From: Candidatus Parcubacteria bacterium | GTDB lineage: Bacteria > Patescibacteriota > Patescibacteriia > Patescibacteriales > UBA12075 | DNA: 64,000 nt | Direction: 5' to 3' | Assembly (NCBI GenBank): GCA_963814275.1 | Contig: CAWFCE010000001.1 | Coordinates: 387,307-451,306 of the forward strand | In this document: in pieces, positions 1 through 11,728 of the stretch | Layout of the letters: each line of letters opens with the position of its first letter | How positions within the stretch are numbered: position 1 is the stretch's first letter | Notes under the pieces: generated by a model | What the model saw: the letters and a program-made list of their open reading frames with translations, nothing else | Database searches by the model: none | Told to the model about the DNA's origin: nothing | Translations under genes and position numbers: made by a program

Positions 1-68
1 GTGAACCGGCCAGCGAAGGGACCGAAGAACCGACACCGCCAGCAATGTAAAATTTTCGACCGAAAACC

Positions 69-131
69 GCCCCGTTAAAGAAGCTCGTTTCTACTATCGG
101 CAGATGAGCTTCTCTAACGGGGCTTTAGTTT
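69..131 (+). terminator. Hairpin terminator-like element downstream of an off-window gene
   Basis: 18-nt arms at 69-86 and 106-123 (GCCCCGTTAAAGAAGCTC / GAGCTTCTCTAACGGGGC, 1 mismatch), followed by TTTAGTTT. Confidence 0.45.
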
Positions 132-322
132 ATAGCTAAATATTGCTTTATTATACTATAGATATTGGCACCGATGAGAAATTTAATTTTAACCCGATCA
201 ATTTCCAGTGATCAATCAATATCTAATTTTCAGCATCAAATAAACCAAAAGATATTTTGCAGTTTAATAATCAGATATTTGATATTGAAAATTGGATTAT
301 TAAAATTGGTAATTACTGTATT

Positions 323-1162
323 ATGCTAATCGACACCCATTCGCATGTGAATTTCAATAATTTCCGTGAAGACGCGGATGAAGTGATCCAGCGCGCGCTC
401 GAAGAGGATACCTGGCTGATCAACGTCGGCGCCGATTATAAGACGAGCCGGCGCGCCTTGGACTATGCCAACAAATACGAGCATGGGGTGTACGCGGCCG
501 TCGGCCTCCACCCGATGCATATCTTCAGTTTCAACGCCAAATCCGATGATTATGACTTTACCACCCGCGGTGAGGAGTATAATCACGATGCATACGAAAA
601 ATTGGCGAAATTCGAAAAAGTGGTGGCAATAGGGGAGATCGGCTTGGATTATTATCATATGGATATCGGGCAGGATATCGCGGTTATCAAACAGGCGCAA
701 AGAGAGGTGCTTTGGCAGCAATTATTGCTGGCTCGCCAGCTGGATTTGCCGGTCATTATCCACTGCCGCCAGGCCCATGATGATATGCTTGATTTACTCA
801 AGGATTTTCGCAAAGAATTTCGCGATTTGATCCCCAAAGGACGGCCCTGGGGAGTGATGCATTGTTTTTCGGGAGATGAAGATTTGGCCTGGCAATACTT
901 CGGCCTGGGCTTGATAGTCTCTTTTACCGGACTTATCACCTTCAGCAGGCAGTGGGATGATCTGATCCGTAAATTGCCGGATGATAAGTACATGGTAGAG
1001 ACTGATTGTCCCTTTATGACGCCGGAGCCGCATCGCGGCGAGCGCAATGAACCGCTTCTGGTCAGTTTCGTTGCCCGGCGGATAGCCGAGATAAAGAACC
1101 AGCCAAATGAAAGGATTGCCGAATTAACCACGCATAACGCGCGAAATTTGTTTAAAATATAA
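323..1162 (+). CDS. tatD: TatD-family metal-dependent hydrolase/DNase
   Basis: ORF 257-1162 trimmed to the ATG at 323 (MLIDTHSHVNF). TatD motifs present: DTHSH, GEIGLDYY, HCR, ETDCPFMTP. Confidence 0.85.
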   Translation: MLIDTHSHVNFNNFREDADEVIQRALEEDTWLINVGADYKTSRRALDYANKYEHGVYAAVGLHPMHIFSFNAKSDDYDFTTRGEEYNHDAYEKLAKFEKVVAIGEIGLDYYHMDIGQDIAVIKQAQREVLWQQLLLARQLDLPVIIHCRQAHDDMLDLLKDFRKEFRDLIPKGRPWGVMHCFSGDEDLAWQYFGLGLIVSFTGLITFSRQWDDLIRKLPDDKYMVETDCPFMTPEPHRGERNEPLLVSFVARRIAEIKNQPNERIAELTTHNARNLFKI

Positions 1163-1239
1163 TAAAAAGGCCGTCAAATGAATTGACAGCCGAATTTATT
1201 TTGTTTAATATTAGTGTATTAAAATATTTTCTCTAAGGG

Positions 1240-1267
1240 TTGACAATTAGCGGCTTTTTCTTACAAT
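1240..1267 (+). promoter_or_regulatory. Sigma70-like promoter upstream of the atp operon
   Basis: TTGACA (1240-1245), 16-nt spacer, TACAAT (1262-1267). Confidence 0.4.
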
Positions 1268-1354
1268 AGATATAGGTGGACAATTTAATTATATTCGCCA
1301 CATAATAACGTAAACGTCAAGGGTTCTATCGCCCTTGCTGTTTATTTTTCGCTC

Positions 1355-1696
1355 ATGACAGCGAATAAAGACGATATTCAACCGGAAATGAATAAGAATA
1401 AACCGGAAATACCCGGCAGTATTGAAAGCTCGAAAAACAGTAAATCTAACGGAAATTGGTGGCAGCCCGCAGTGGCAATGTTTGCCCGTATGTCAGGCTG
1501 GATCGTGGCGCCGGTGCTTATCGCTACATTTCTCGGTAACTGGCTTGACCGCAAATATTCTACCGCCCCCTGGATGCTTATTGGAACAGTAGGGGCCGCA
1601 TTCGTCATTTCGATGATCGGGTTAATAATGGAAGCAACTAAGGAATACAAAAAGATCGTTAATGGGGGGAAGAAAAAGAAAGAAAAAAGAAACTAG
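1355..1696 (+). CDS. AtpZ/AtpI-like small membrane protein preceding the F0 genes
   Basis: 113 aa with two hydrophobic helices (WIVAPVLIATFLGNWLD, WMLIGTVGAAFVISMIGLI). It occupies the first position of the atp operon. Confidence 0.5.
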   Translation: MTANKDDIQPEMNKNKPEIPGSIESSKNSKSNGNWWQPAVAMFARMSGWIVAPVLIATFLGNWLDRKYSTAPWMLIGTVGAAFVISMIGLIMEATKEYKKIVNGGKKKKEKRN

Positions 1697-1740
1697 ATAT
1701 AAATTATATAAGAATATTTTTTATTGATAAAATGTCGAGA

Positions 1741-1869
1741 ATAACCAATAACCAAGATACAATGACCAAACAATGACCAAATTTCAATAACCAATGACCA
1801 AGTACCCAAACTGCTTGATTATTGGTTATTGGGATTTGTTTGGTTATTGTATCTTGGCTATTGGTTATT
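1741..1869. repeat. Long imperfect intergenic hairpin built from AACCAAT/GACCAA words
   Basis: The left arm (1741-1802) is the near reverse complement of the right arm (1814-1869). The first 38 nt recur at 63963-64000. Confidence 0.8.
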
Positions 1870-1909
1870 AATTAATTATTTACATTTTGATTATAATAGT
1901 ATTGCAAAC

Positions 1910-2797
1910 ATGCCGGATAACATAACATCAGATAATCCCGTGCAAGCCACCGAACACGCGATAGAATCTGACGTCAGCGGGGTGGCCCATGAGGAAATAG
2001 CGCATGAGAGTACGCTATTCGCCGAACCGATATTCCATATCGGCGGTTTTACCGTCACCAATTCATTGATGAATTCCTGGTTCGTGGTTATTCTGGTGCT
2101 TGTCCTGTCGCTTTTGATAAGGAGCCGGATAAAAGCTATTCCGGGCAAGCTCCAAAATGCACTTGAGATAGTAGTGGAAGGCTTCCTGGGTATTTTCGAT
2201 TCGATTACCGGTTCGCGCGAGCGCAGCCTCAAGTTTTTTCCACTGGTTTTCAGCTTCTTCCTGTTTATCCTGATATCGAACTGGATGGGGCTCTTGCCCG
2301 GCGTCGGCTCGATCGGACAGGTGGTAAGCGAAGGGGGGCGTAAAGTCTTTATACCTTATTTCCGGGGCGGTACCGCCGATCTCAATACTACGCTTGCCCT
2401 GGCGATCGTCGGCGTGGTTATGAGCCATATCTTCGGCGTGGTCGCCTTGGGAGTATGGAAATATCTGAATAAATTCATCAATATCCAGGCGTTTATCGAT
2501 ATTCCGAAGAAGATCAGGCGCGATCCGACCATAATAATCGTCAATCCGATTAAAGCTTTTGTCGGGCTGATCGAAGTGATCGGTGAAGTCGCCAAAGTGG
2601 CCTCGCTGTCCTTCCGGTTGTTCGGCAATATTTTTGCGGGCGAGGTGCTCCTGGCATCGATGGCCGCGATTCTGGCTTTCGGCCTGCCGATCCCTTTCAT
2701 GTTTCTGGAAGTGATCGTCGGGTTGATCCAGGCGTTGATCTTCTCGATGTTGATATTGGCGTATCTGACCATGAATACGACCGCTGAAGAACATTAA
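1910..2797 (+). CDS. atpB: F0F1 ATP synthase subunit a
   Basis: ORF 1829-2797; start moved to the ATG at 1910 because 1829-1869 lies in the hairpin repeat. Polytopic, with the C-terminal motif SFRLFGNIFAGE typical of subunit a. Confidence 0.85.
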   Translation: MPDNITSDNPVQATEHAIESDVSGVAHEEIAHESTLFAEPIFHIGGFTVTNSLMNSWFVVILVLVLSLLIRSRIKAIPGKLQNALEIVVEGFLGIFDSITGSRERSLKFFPLVFSFFLFILISNWMGLLPGVGSIGQVVSEGGRKVFIPYFRGGTADLNTTLALAIVGVVMSHIFGVVALGVWKYLNKFINIQAFIDIPKKIRRDPTIIIVNPIKAFVGLIEVIGEVAKVASLSFRLFGNIFAGEVLLASMAAILAFGLPIPFMFLEVIVGLIQALIFSMLILAYLTMNTTAEEH

Positions 2798-2800
2798 TTA

Positions 2801-3133
<333 letters not shown>

Positions 3134-3193
3134 TTATTTTAATGGTGTTACGGATTGCCCCGATCATTCTCGGGGCAGAGGTAAGATTATTAA

Positions 3194-3269
3194 AACAGAT
3201 AACAGATAATAGATAACAGATAACAGTTTTTCCTGTCGTCTGTTATCTGTTATCTGCCGTCTGTTATCT
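3194..3269. repeat. Intergenic word hairpin (AACAGAT words)
   Basis: (AACAGAT)n at 3194-3226, loop TTTTTC, then complementary (ATCTGTT)n at 3233-3269. Confidence 0.8.
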
Positions 3270-3274
3270 AAAAT

Positions 3275-3763
3275 ATGGGTTCACTTATCGAAACATTCCA
3301 TATCGACGTAAAATTGTTGATCGCGCAGATCATCAATTTTGCGATCGTCATTTCGGTTTTGTATTATTTCGCCTTGAAGCCATTGATCAAAGTAATGCGC
3401 GACCGCACCGCCAAGATCGAGAAGTCGCTCGAAGACGCCAAGCGGATAGACGAGAAGATGGATAAGACCGAAGCGGAATACAAAGAAGCGCTGGCCAGCG
3501 CCAAAAAAGAGGCGAATGAAATTTTGACCCAGGCGCGGGCGGACGCGGACGTGAAGAAGGAGGAGTTGGTCAAGAAGGCCAAAGAAGAGATCGGCAAGCT
3601 GATCAATGAAGAAAAGGCCAAAATGCAGCAGGAAAAAGCCCGCACCCTGAAAGAGATCCGCTCGGAAGTGGCCGATCTGGTGGCGGCCGGACTGGAAAAA
3701 GTATTGGAGAAGAAGATCGACGGAAAAACGGATAAGGAGCTGATCAAAAAATTAATTAAATAA
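3275..3763 (+). CDS. atpF: F0F1 ATP synthase subunit b
   Basis: N-terminal TM helix followed by a long charged coiled-coil (EKSLEDAKR...). Position in the operon fits. Confidence 0.8.
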   Translation: MGSLIETFHIDVKLLIAQIINFAIVISVLYYFALKPLIKVMRDRTAKIEKSLEDAKRIDEKMDKTEAEYKEALASAKKEANEILTQARADADVKKEELVKKAKEEIGKLINEEKAKMQQEKARTLKEIRSEVADLVAAGLEKVLEKKIDGKTDKELIKKLIK

Positions 3764-3869
3764 AATCTCCCACGAAATACGAATCGGTAATAATACGCGA
3801 AATTAATTACGTTTATTAAAAAGCGTTTATTCGTAAATTAGTAAGAACCATAAACAAGTAGGATCAGAT

Positions 3870-4271
3870 ATGAAAATTACCCCCAAAAAATACGCCCAGG
3901 CCCTGTATGACGGTATTAAGGATAAGAGCGCGGACGAAGGAAGGGAAATAATCCGGACTTTCGCCGGAATTTTGGCGCGGGACAACAAGTTGGCGCAAGC
4001 AGACAAAATAATCGCCGAATTCGTGAAAATCTGGAACCAAGAGGAGGGGATAGTGGAAACCGTAGTGAATTCCGTCTTACCCCTTGATAGTGAAATGAAA
4101 AAAATAATATCCGACCACATATTGCGATATAGCGGCGCCAAGAAACTGGAAATGAAAACCGCCGAGGACAAAAGCCTGCTCGGCGGCGTAGTGGTGCGCT
4201 ATGGCGATAAGCTGCTTGATGGGAGTCTGAAGTCGCGTCTCGATAATATGAAAAAAGAAATGAAGAAATAA
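3870..4271 (+). CDS. atpH: F0F1 ATP synthase subunit delta (short, 133 aa)
   Basis: OSCP-like C-terminus LLGGVVVRYGDKLLDGSLKSRL. Located between atpF and atpA. Confidence 0.7.
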   Translation: MKITPKKYAQALYDGIKDKSADEGREIIRTFAGILARDNKLAQADKIIAEFVKIWNQEEGIVETVVNSVLPLDSEMKKIISDHILRYSGAKKLEMKTAEDKSLLGGVVVRYGDKLLDGSLKSRLDNMKKEMKK

Positions 4272-4396
4272 GTTTAGCCTGCGTGAGTTATTAAATTTAA
4301 ACTTGTAATCAATAAAATATATTTTTGTAATTAAAATTTGCTTTTTGGCCAATTTTACCAATTACAAATTTCCAGTTACAAATTACAAAATACAAT

Positions 4397-5920
<1,524 letters not shown>

Positions 5921-6025
5921 ATTTTTCCCCGGTTTTAGCGGAAGGGAACATATACCAGGCTAAAGCCTGGCGAACCCGGCTTGAAGGCCGGTAGAAGCCA
6001 AGCGGAAGCCGGTGAAAAATCATAT

Positions 6026-7009
6026 ATGCCAAATACCAAGGACATACAACGCAGGATAAAATCCGTTTCCAATACAAAAAAGATCACGCGGGCAATGGAG
6101 ATGGTGGCGGCGGCCAAGATGCGAAAAGCCGTCGAGGCGGTTTTGCGGACAAGGCCGTACGCCAATTTGAGCTGGGCGACGGTTTTGAATTTGTCCCGGG
6201 CCGCGAGTAGCGGCAATGGCAACGGCCAGGAGCCGCACCCGCTCCTGAAAACGCGCAACGAAATTAAAAAGGTCGGGATCATACTGATCACCTCGAACCG
6301 CGGCCTTTGCGGCGGCTTCAATACGGCCGTGATCAACAAAGTCCACGAATCGATCAAAAAATACCAGATGCTGGGCGAAAAAGTGGTGATCGAGGCGGAG
6401 TTCGTGCTGATGGGCAAAAAGGGCGCCGGCATCCACCACCATGGCCATAAGATAATTGCCGATTTTCCCAAGCTGGATCTGGCCAGCGAGATCGCCGAAA
6501 TCGTGCCGGTTGCCCAGCTCCTGGTGTCCGAATTCCTGGCCGGCGTTTACGACAAGGTGATGGTTGCCTATACCGACTTCGTCAGTCCGGCCAGACAGGA
6601 ACCGCGCGTCAAACAGCTTCTGCCGGTCGAGATCGATGTAGAGGAAAAATATCTGGGTGTGATCGGCGAGGATACGCGTTTGGGCCTGGACCGCGAATTT
6701 ATCGATAAAAAGCAGGATAAATACCTGAAATCCGATGATTATACGTATGAATACACCTTCGAACCCAGCCCGAATGAGGTTTTGGATGAAATGATACCCC
6801 GCCTGATCGAGGTGCAGCTGTATCAAGCACTGCTTGAGTCGAACGCTTCAGAACATAGCGCCCGGATGAACGCGATGCACCAAGCCACGGACGCGGCCGA
6901 AGACATGGTGAGCGAGCTTAACCTATATTACAACAAAGCCCGCCAGGCGGCCATTACCCGCGAGATCGCCGAGATCAGCGCGGGGGCGAATGCGTTGGCA
7001 GATTCGTAG
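6026..7009 (+). CDS. atpG: F0F1 ATP synthase subunit gamma
   Basis: ORF 5981-7009 trimmed to the ATG at 6026 (MPNTKDIQRRIKSVSNTKKITRAMEMVAAAK). C-terminus ITREIAEISAGANAL. Confidence 0.9.
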   Translation: MPNTKDIQRRIKSVSNTKKITRAMEMVAAAKMRKAVEAVLRTRPYANLSWATVLNLSRAASSGNGNGQEPHPLLKTRNEIKKVGIILITSNRGLCGGFNTAVINKVHESIKKYQMLGEKVVIEAEFVLMGKKGAGIHHHGHKIIADFPKLDLASEIAEIVPVAQLLVSEFLAGVYDKVMVAYTDFVSPARQEPRVKQLLPVEIDVEEKYLGVIGEDTRLGLDREFIDKKQDKYLKSDDYTYEYTFEPSPNEVLDEMIPRLIEVQLYQALLESNASEHSARMNAMHQATDAAEDMVSELNLYYNKARQAAITREIAEISAGANALADS

Positions 7010-7088
7010 ATCCCTTCGACTCGTTTCACTCGCTCAGGGCAGGCGTGAATCGGGGAGCGGGGAGTGGAGATCGGAGAGCGTGAATCGT
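7010..7088 (+). repeat. G/A-rich post-stop word motif (CGTGAATCGGGGAGCGGGGAG family)
   Basis: Starts immediately after the atpG stop. Related word strings occur at 22515-22572 and 43168-43213, with a partial one at 40339-40400. Confidence 0.6.
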
Positions 7089-7104
7089 AAATTATAATTT
7101 AGCT

Positions 7105-7142
7105 AAAAGAAAGCCGGTCGTCCCATGTAAGAGACAACCGGC
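7105..7142 (-). terminator. Intrinsic terminator of the antisense mini-gene
   Basis: On the minus strand GCCGGT...ACCGGC (7137-7142 / 7113-7118, extended by GTC/GAC) is followed by TTTCTTTT. Confidence 0.5.
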
Positions 7143-7151
7143 GAACGTGCG

Positions 7152-7325
7152 CTAGGTACGGATATTAATAAGTTTAATGAGAAAATCCCATCGTTTTTTT
7201 TTGCGAGCCTCTTCAAGCTCGCGCTCCTTAGCCATTCTATCCGCCAAGATATTCGAACAATCCCAGGCGATTTGATCATGACGGATTTGATCCGATAGTG
7301 GCCATCCTGAAGTATAAGTGTTCAT
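7152..7325 (-). CDS. Hypothetical 57-aa protein encoded antisense between atpG and atpD
   Basis: My own translation gives MNTYTSGWPLSDQIRHDQIAWDCSNILADRMAKERELEEARKKKRWDFLIKLINIRT. It is below the ORF-track cutoff. AAGGGGGGGG lies 6 nt upstream of the ATG. It has its own promoter and terminator. Confidence 0.4.
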   Translation of the reverse strand: MNTYTSGWPLSDQIRHDQIAWDCSNILADRMAKERELEEARKKKRWDFLIKLINIRT

Positions 7326-7374
7326 GCTACACCCCCCCCTTGTTTATATGGTACAGTTTCAAATAAGTAAATAT

Positions 7375-7403
7375 ATTGTAATATAATAATTAATATATGT
7401 CAA
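7375..7403 (-). promoter_or_regulatory. Sigma70-like promoter for the antisense mini-gene
   Basis: On the minus strand: TTGACA (7403-7398), 17-nt spacer, TACAAT (7380-7375). Confidence 0.45.
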
Positions 7404-7484
7404 TAGATATAATAATTTTTTTACTTATATTAAATTAAAAATTACTAAATTATAAATTATAATTACTAATAAAATATTAATTAA

Positions 7485-8944
<1,460 letters not shown>

Positions 8945-8979
8945 AGAAGGGTTTTATTAGGTTTAATATAGTGATATTT

Positions 8980-9396
8980 ATGGACAAGGAGGCGCCATAC
9001 AAAAAATTGATTGTATGGAAAAACCTATGTGAACTTAGAAAGGAAATTTTTCTTGTTACCGAGAAACTCAATAAACCCGGCAATTACCGCCTGGTTGAGC
9101 AGATGAGAGCGGCAGCAAGATCAGCAAAACAAAACTTTGCTGAAGGATATAAGAAAGGACACATCGGTCATTTTATAAATTTTTGCGGGATTAGCAGGGC
9201 CTCACTTGAAGAGTTAGATGAAGATATTCAGGATTGCCATGAAGATAATTTAATTGAACAGAAAGATTATGAAACAATTAATTCTTTATGCAAAAGGACT
9301 ATGTATCTTTTGGATAAATATATAAAATCCTTACATTTAATGAAAGATAAGGGAACCTGGAAAAATAAACAAGATAGTTTTCACAATAAAAAATAA
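8980..9396 (+). CDS. Four-helix-bundle protein (23S rRNA intervening-sequence protein family)
   Basis: YKKLIVWKNLCELRKEIFLVTEKL...QMRAAARSAKQNFAEGY...SRASLEELDEDI matches the family pattern recalled from memory. ATG at 8980. Confidence 0.75.
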   Translation: MDKEAPYKKLIVWKNLCELRKEIFLVTEKLNKPGNYRLVEQMRAAARSAKQNFAEGYKKGHIGHFINFCGISRASLEELDEDIQDCHEDNLIEQKDYETINSLCKRTMYLLDKYIKSLHLMKDKGTWKNKQDSFHNKK

Positions 9397-9410
9397 AACA
9401 CAGAAGATAG

Positions 9411-9454
9411 CAACCCATCTTAACCTCTCTTAACTTATCTTAACCTATCTCAAC
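9411..9454. repeat. Right arm of the 44-nt inverted repeat enclosing the four-helix-bundle gene
   Basis: Its reverse complement aligns word-for-word with 8901-8944. It ends 6 nt before the atpC ATG. Confidence 0.8.
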
Positions 9455-9460
9455 ATAGTT

Positions 9461-9892
9461 ATGAAAATAATCAAATTCGAAATAGTCACTCCCGAGCGGA
9501 CGGTGCTCAAGGAAGATATCTTCCAGGTGAGCGTGCCGACCAGGAACGGCGAGATAACCGTATTGCCCAACCATATTCCTTTGGTTGCCAGCCTTCAGCC
9601 GGGCGTGATCGAGATCGTAAAAAACGGTGGAATACGCGACGTGATGTCCGTTTCCGGCGGTTTTATCGAAGTTTTGAAGGATAAGGTGGTGATTTTGGCG
9701 GATACCGCCGAACGGGCGGAAGAGATTAATCTCGAACGGGTCGAGGAAGCGAGGGTACGGGCGGAAGCGGCGATCAAGGAAGTGCGCCTGATCGATCGTG
9801 CCCAATTCGCCAACATCAGCGCCAAGATCGCCAAAGAGCTGGCCCGCAGCCGGGCCGTTAACCGCTGGAAGCGGATCAAGGGCGAAGATTAA
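9461..9892 (+). CDS. atpC: F0F1 ATP synthase subunit epsilon
   Basis: 143 aa with an N-terminal beta-sandwich pattern (IVTPERTVLKEDIFQVSVPTRNGEITVLPNHIPLVASL) and a C-terminal helical hairpin. Confidence 0.9.
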   Translation: MKIIKFEIVTPERTVLKEDIFQVSVPTRNGEITVLPNHIPLVASLQPGVIEIVKNGGIRDVMSVSGGFIEVLKDKVVILADTAERAEEINLERVEEARVRAEAAIKEVRLIDRAQFANISAKIAKELARSRAVNRWKRIKGED

Positions 9893-9905
9893 TATTAATG
9901 AGATA

Positions 9906-10001
9906 GTTGGGATAGTGGTGATTTTTGGGATTGTCGGAAATAGAAAACTATGATTTTTTCCCAACAATCCCAAAAATCACAACCATCCCAACCATCCCGA
10001 C
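9906..10001. terminator. Word hairpin after atpC (GGGAT/TTTTTGGGATTGT words)
   Basis: 9906-9937 is the near reverse complement of 9960-10001. Confidence 0.6.
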
Positions 10002-10006
10002 AAAAT

Positions 10007-10429
10007 ATGTCCCATACTTGCCACAATATCTTATTCCATTGCATGGATTTCCGTTTGACGCGCGAGATCAGGCGCTGGCTGGAAGCAGAAGGAATGATGG
10101 GGGACTGCGATATCGTTTCCCTGGCCGGCTCGGCCAAGGAGATCGTCGACGGTGATGAAGCGTCCCGGAATATGCTCTTGAAACAGATCGAGATCAGCGC
10201 GAACCTGCACCAGGCCAGCCGCGTCATCCTGATGCATCACACCCAATGCGGCGCCTATGCCCAAAGCTATAAGTTCGCCACTGACGAAGAAGAACTGGCC
10301 AAACACAGTGACGACTTGACAAAAGCCGAGAATATCATTAAAGTGAAGTTTCCCGATATAGAAATTATTAAAATAATAGCCGTTATGAAAGATGATGATG
10401 GCAAAGAAGTTGAATTTAAAAAAATTTAA
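10007..10429 (+). CDS. Small beta-carbonic-anhydrase-like protein (CxDxR / HxxC motifs)
   Basis: ORF 9950-10429 trimmed to the ATG at 10007 because upstream codons lie in the hairpin. Motifs: HCMDFR (CxDxR), GDCDIVSLAGSA, VILMHHTQCGAY (HxxCG). Confidence 0.45.
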   Translation: MSHTCHNILFHCMDFRLTREIRRWLEAEGMMGDCDIVSLAGSAKEIVDGDEASRNMLLKQIEISANLHQASRVILMHHTQCGAYAQSYKFATDEEELAKHSDDLTKAENIIKVKFPDIEIIKIIAVMKDDDGKEVEFKKI

Positions 10430-10452
10430 ACAGTGAAAAAGGAGGAGATGGG

Positions 10453-10896
10453 ATGCACAAATTCAAAGCAGCAATGTTAAGTTGCCAGGATCCGAGATTG
10501 AATGAAGCTCATTTTAATTTTCTTACCGAAAAGGCGATCATGAACCAAACGGATACGATCTTTTGCGCAAATCCACTGCTAATATTGATCGATCCCGAGG
10601 ACAAGGAAAATCGCAGTGATCTGAATTTCATTAAAAAAAAGACCGATATCGCGGTCGACCATCATCAAATAAGTGAATTTCATATTTGCAATCATATTGA
10701 TTGCGGTTATTACCGGATCAGGGGATATTTTCATGGCAGTGAAGGTTCGCTCGATAATGAGATGAACATATTGACGGCCCACACCATAAGGGCGGAAGGC
10801 ATGGTCAGGAGGATGTACCCCGATTTTAACGGTGAGGTATTCGGCTACATATTTTTTCCTCAAAATGGCAGTTGGTTATGTCGCCAGATATTTTGA
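10453..10896 (+). CDS. Second beta-carbonic-anhydrase-like paralog
   Basis: SCQDPR (CxDxR) and ICNHIDCGYY (HxxCG), spaced as in the upstream gene. GGAGG lies upstream of the ATG. Confidence 0.4.
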   Translation: MHKFKAAMLSCQDPRLNEAHFNFLTEKAIMNQTDTIFCANPLLILIDPEDKENRSDLNFIKKKTDIAVDHHQISEFHICNHIDCGYYRIRGYFHGSEGSLDNEMNILTAHTIRAEGMVRRMYPDFNGEVFGYIFFPQNGSWLCRQIF

Positions 10897-11035
10897 CCGG
10901 ATTAAAAGTCCGCAAGCCGTTCGAATTTTATACGGCTTGCGGACATTGTTTTTCCAATTGACAAGTTAAAAATAAGGTTTAAAATTAATTGTGTATAATT
11001 AATAATAAAAATTACAGCAATACGAATTCGACATT

Positions 11036-11055
11036 CCTGCCTATCGGCAGGCAGG
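11036..11055. repeat. Variant copy of the dispersed 20-nt GC palindrome
   Basis: CCTGCCTATCGGCAGGCAGG, 27 nt upstream of the CBS gene ATG. Confidence 0.8.
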
Positions 11056-11082
11056 CGTAATTCGTAATTCGACATTTGAAAT

Positions 11083-11601
11083 ATGTGGGTCAAAGATTAC
11101 ATGTTCAAAAACGTTTGCACGATTTCGCCCGATACCACTATTGGCGAAGCTGTCAAATTCATGGTCGAGAATAAAACCAATAGTGTCGTCGTGGTTGACG
11201 AAAACCGTAAACCGATCGGTACTCTGTCCTCCTATACCCTGGTGCGCGAAGTCGTGCCGGCATATCTGAAGGACGACCCGATATTTTCCCAATACGGCAA
11301 AGAAGGCACATTCAATAAGTACGCCCAGCGCATGAAAGACGGAAAGGTCAGGGACCTCATGCATAAGGATTTCCATATCCTGAGCGTCCATGACGCCATG
11401 ATCGAGGCCGCGTCCTATTCCATCAAAGCTGAACGGCGCATTCTGCCGGTGGTTGACGATGAGGGCAAGCTGATCGGAGCGGTGACGCGTACTTGCATCA
11501 AGAACGCTTTATACAACACCCTATTCAAAGACGCGCCGATCAATCCGGAAAACGGCGGCTGTGCCAGCTGCAGCGAACGGGTGTCGAGCCATAAGGAATA
11601 A
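11083..11601 (+). CDS. CBS-pair domain protein
   Basis: Two CBS-like units: VKDYMFKNVCTISPDTTIGEAVKFMVENKTNSVVVVD and VRDLMHKDFHILSVHDAMIEAASYSIKAERRILPVVD. Confidence 0.8.
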   Translation: MWVKDYMFKNVCTISPDTTIGEAVKFMVENKTNSVVVVDENRKPIGTLSSYTLVREVVPAYLKDDPIFSQYGKEGTFNKYAQRMKDGKVRDLMHKDFHILSVHDAMIEAASYSIKAERRILPVVDDEGKLIGAVTRTCIKNALYNTLFKDAPINPENGGCASCSERVSSHKE

Positions 11602-11728
11602 ATTTAAATATAATTCAACATCATCTGTTGGCATGGGCCGATAAGTTTAATCGAAAGAAAAGAGCCGTTAACCAAACGGGCTAACATCCTTTCTTTTCGC
11701 TTGTACTGGTCGGTTTCGTGCGTAATAG

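Noticed and set aside
1-50. 3' end of an upstream CDS (possible ...EPASEGTEEPTPPAM* ending at 48-50).
   Set aside because: Two frames remain open at the window edge (stops at 48-50 and 76-78). With fewer than 26 codons visible, no product or frame can be supported. Only the downstream hairpin is reported.
257-322. N-terminal extensions of track ORFs. The affected ORFs are 257 (tatD), 1829 (atpB), 5981 (atpG), 9950 (CA-like), 13410 (groES), 25747 (dedA), 27056-27292 (def) and 27140 (repeat protein).
   Set aside because: The extra codons run through AT-rich spacers or hairpin-repeat arms and start at non-ATG or poorly placed codons. Internal ATGs give N-termini that match the known families (for example MLIDTHSH, MKIKPINDK, MANILDIITNP).
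11602-11728. Possible riboswitch or leader structure upstream of the ArsB/NhaD permease (GAAAGAAAAGAG...CCTTTCTTTTCG).
   Set aside because: The apparent arms are not truly complementary in register, and only a short CCGTT/AACGG stem holds. I could recognise no known aptamer consensus. The evidence is insufficient.
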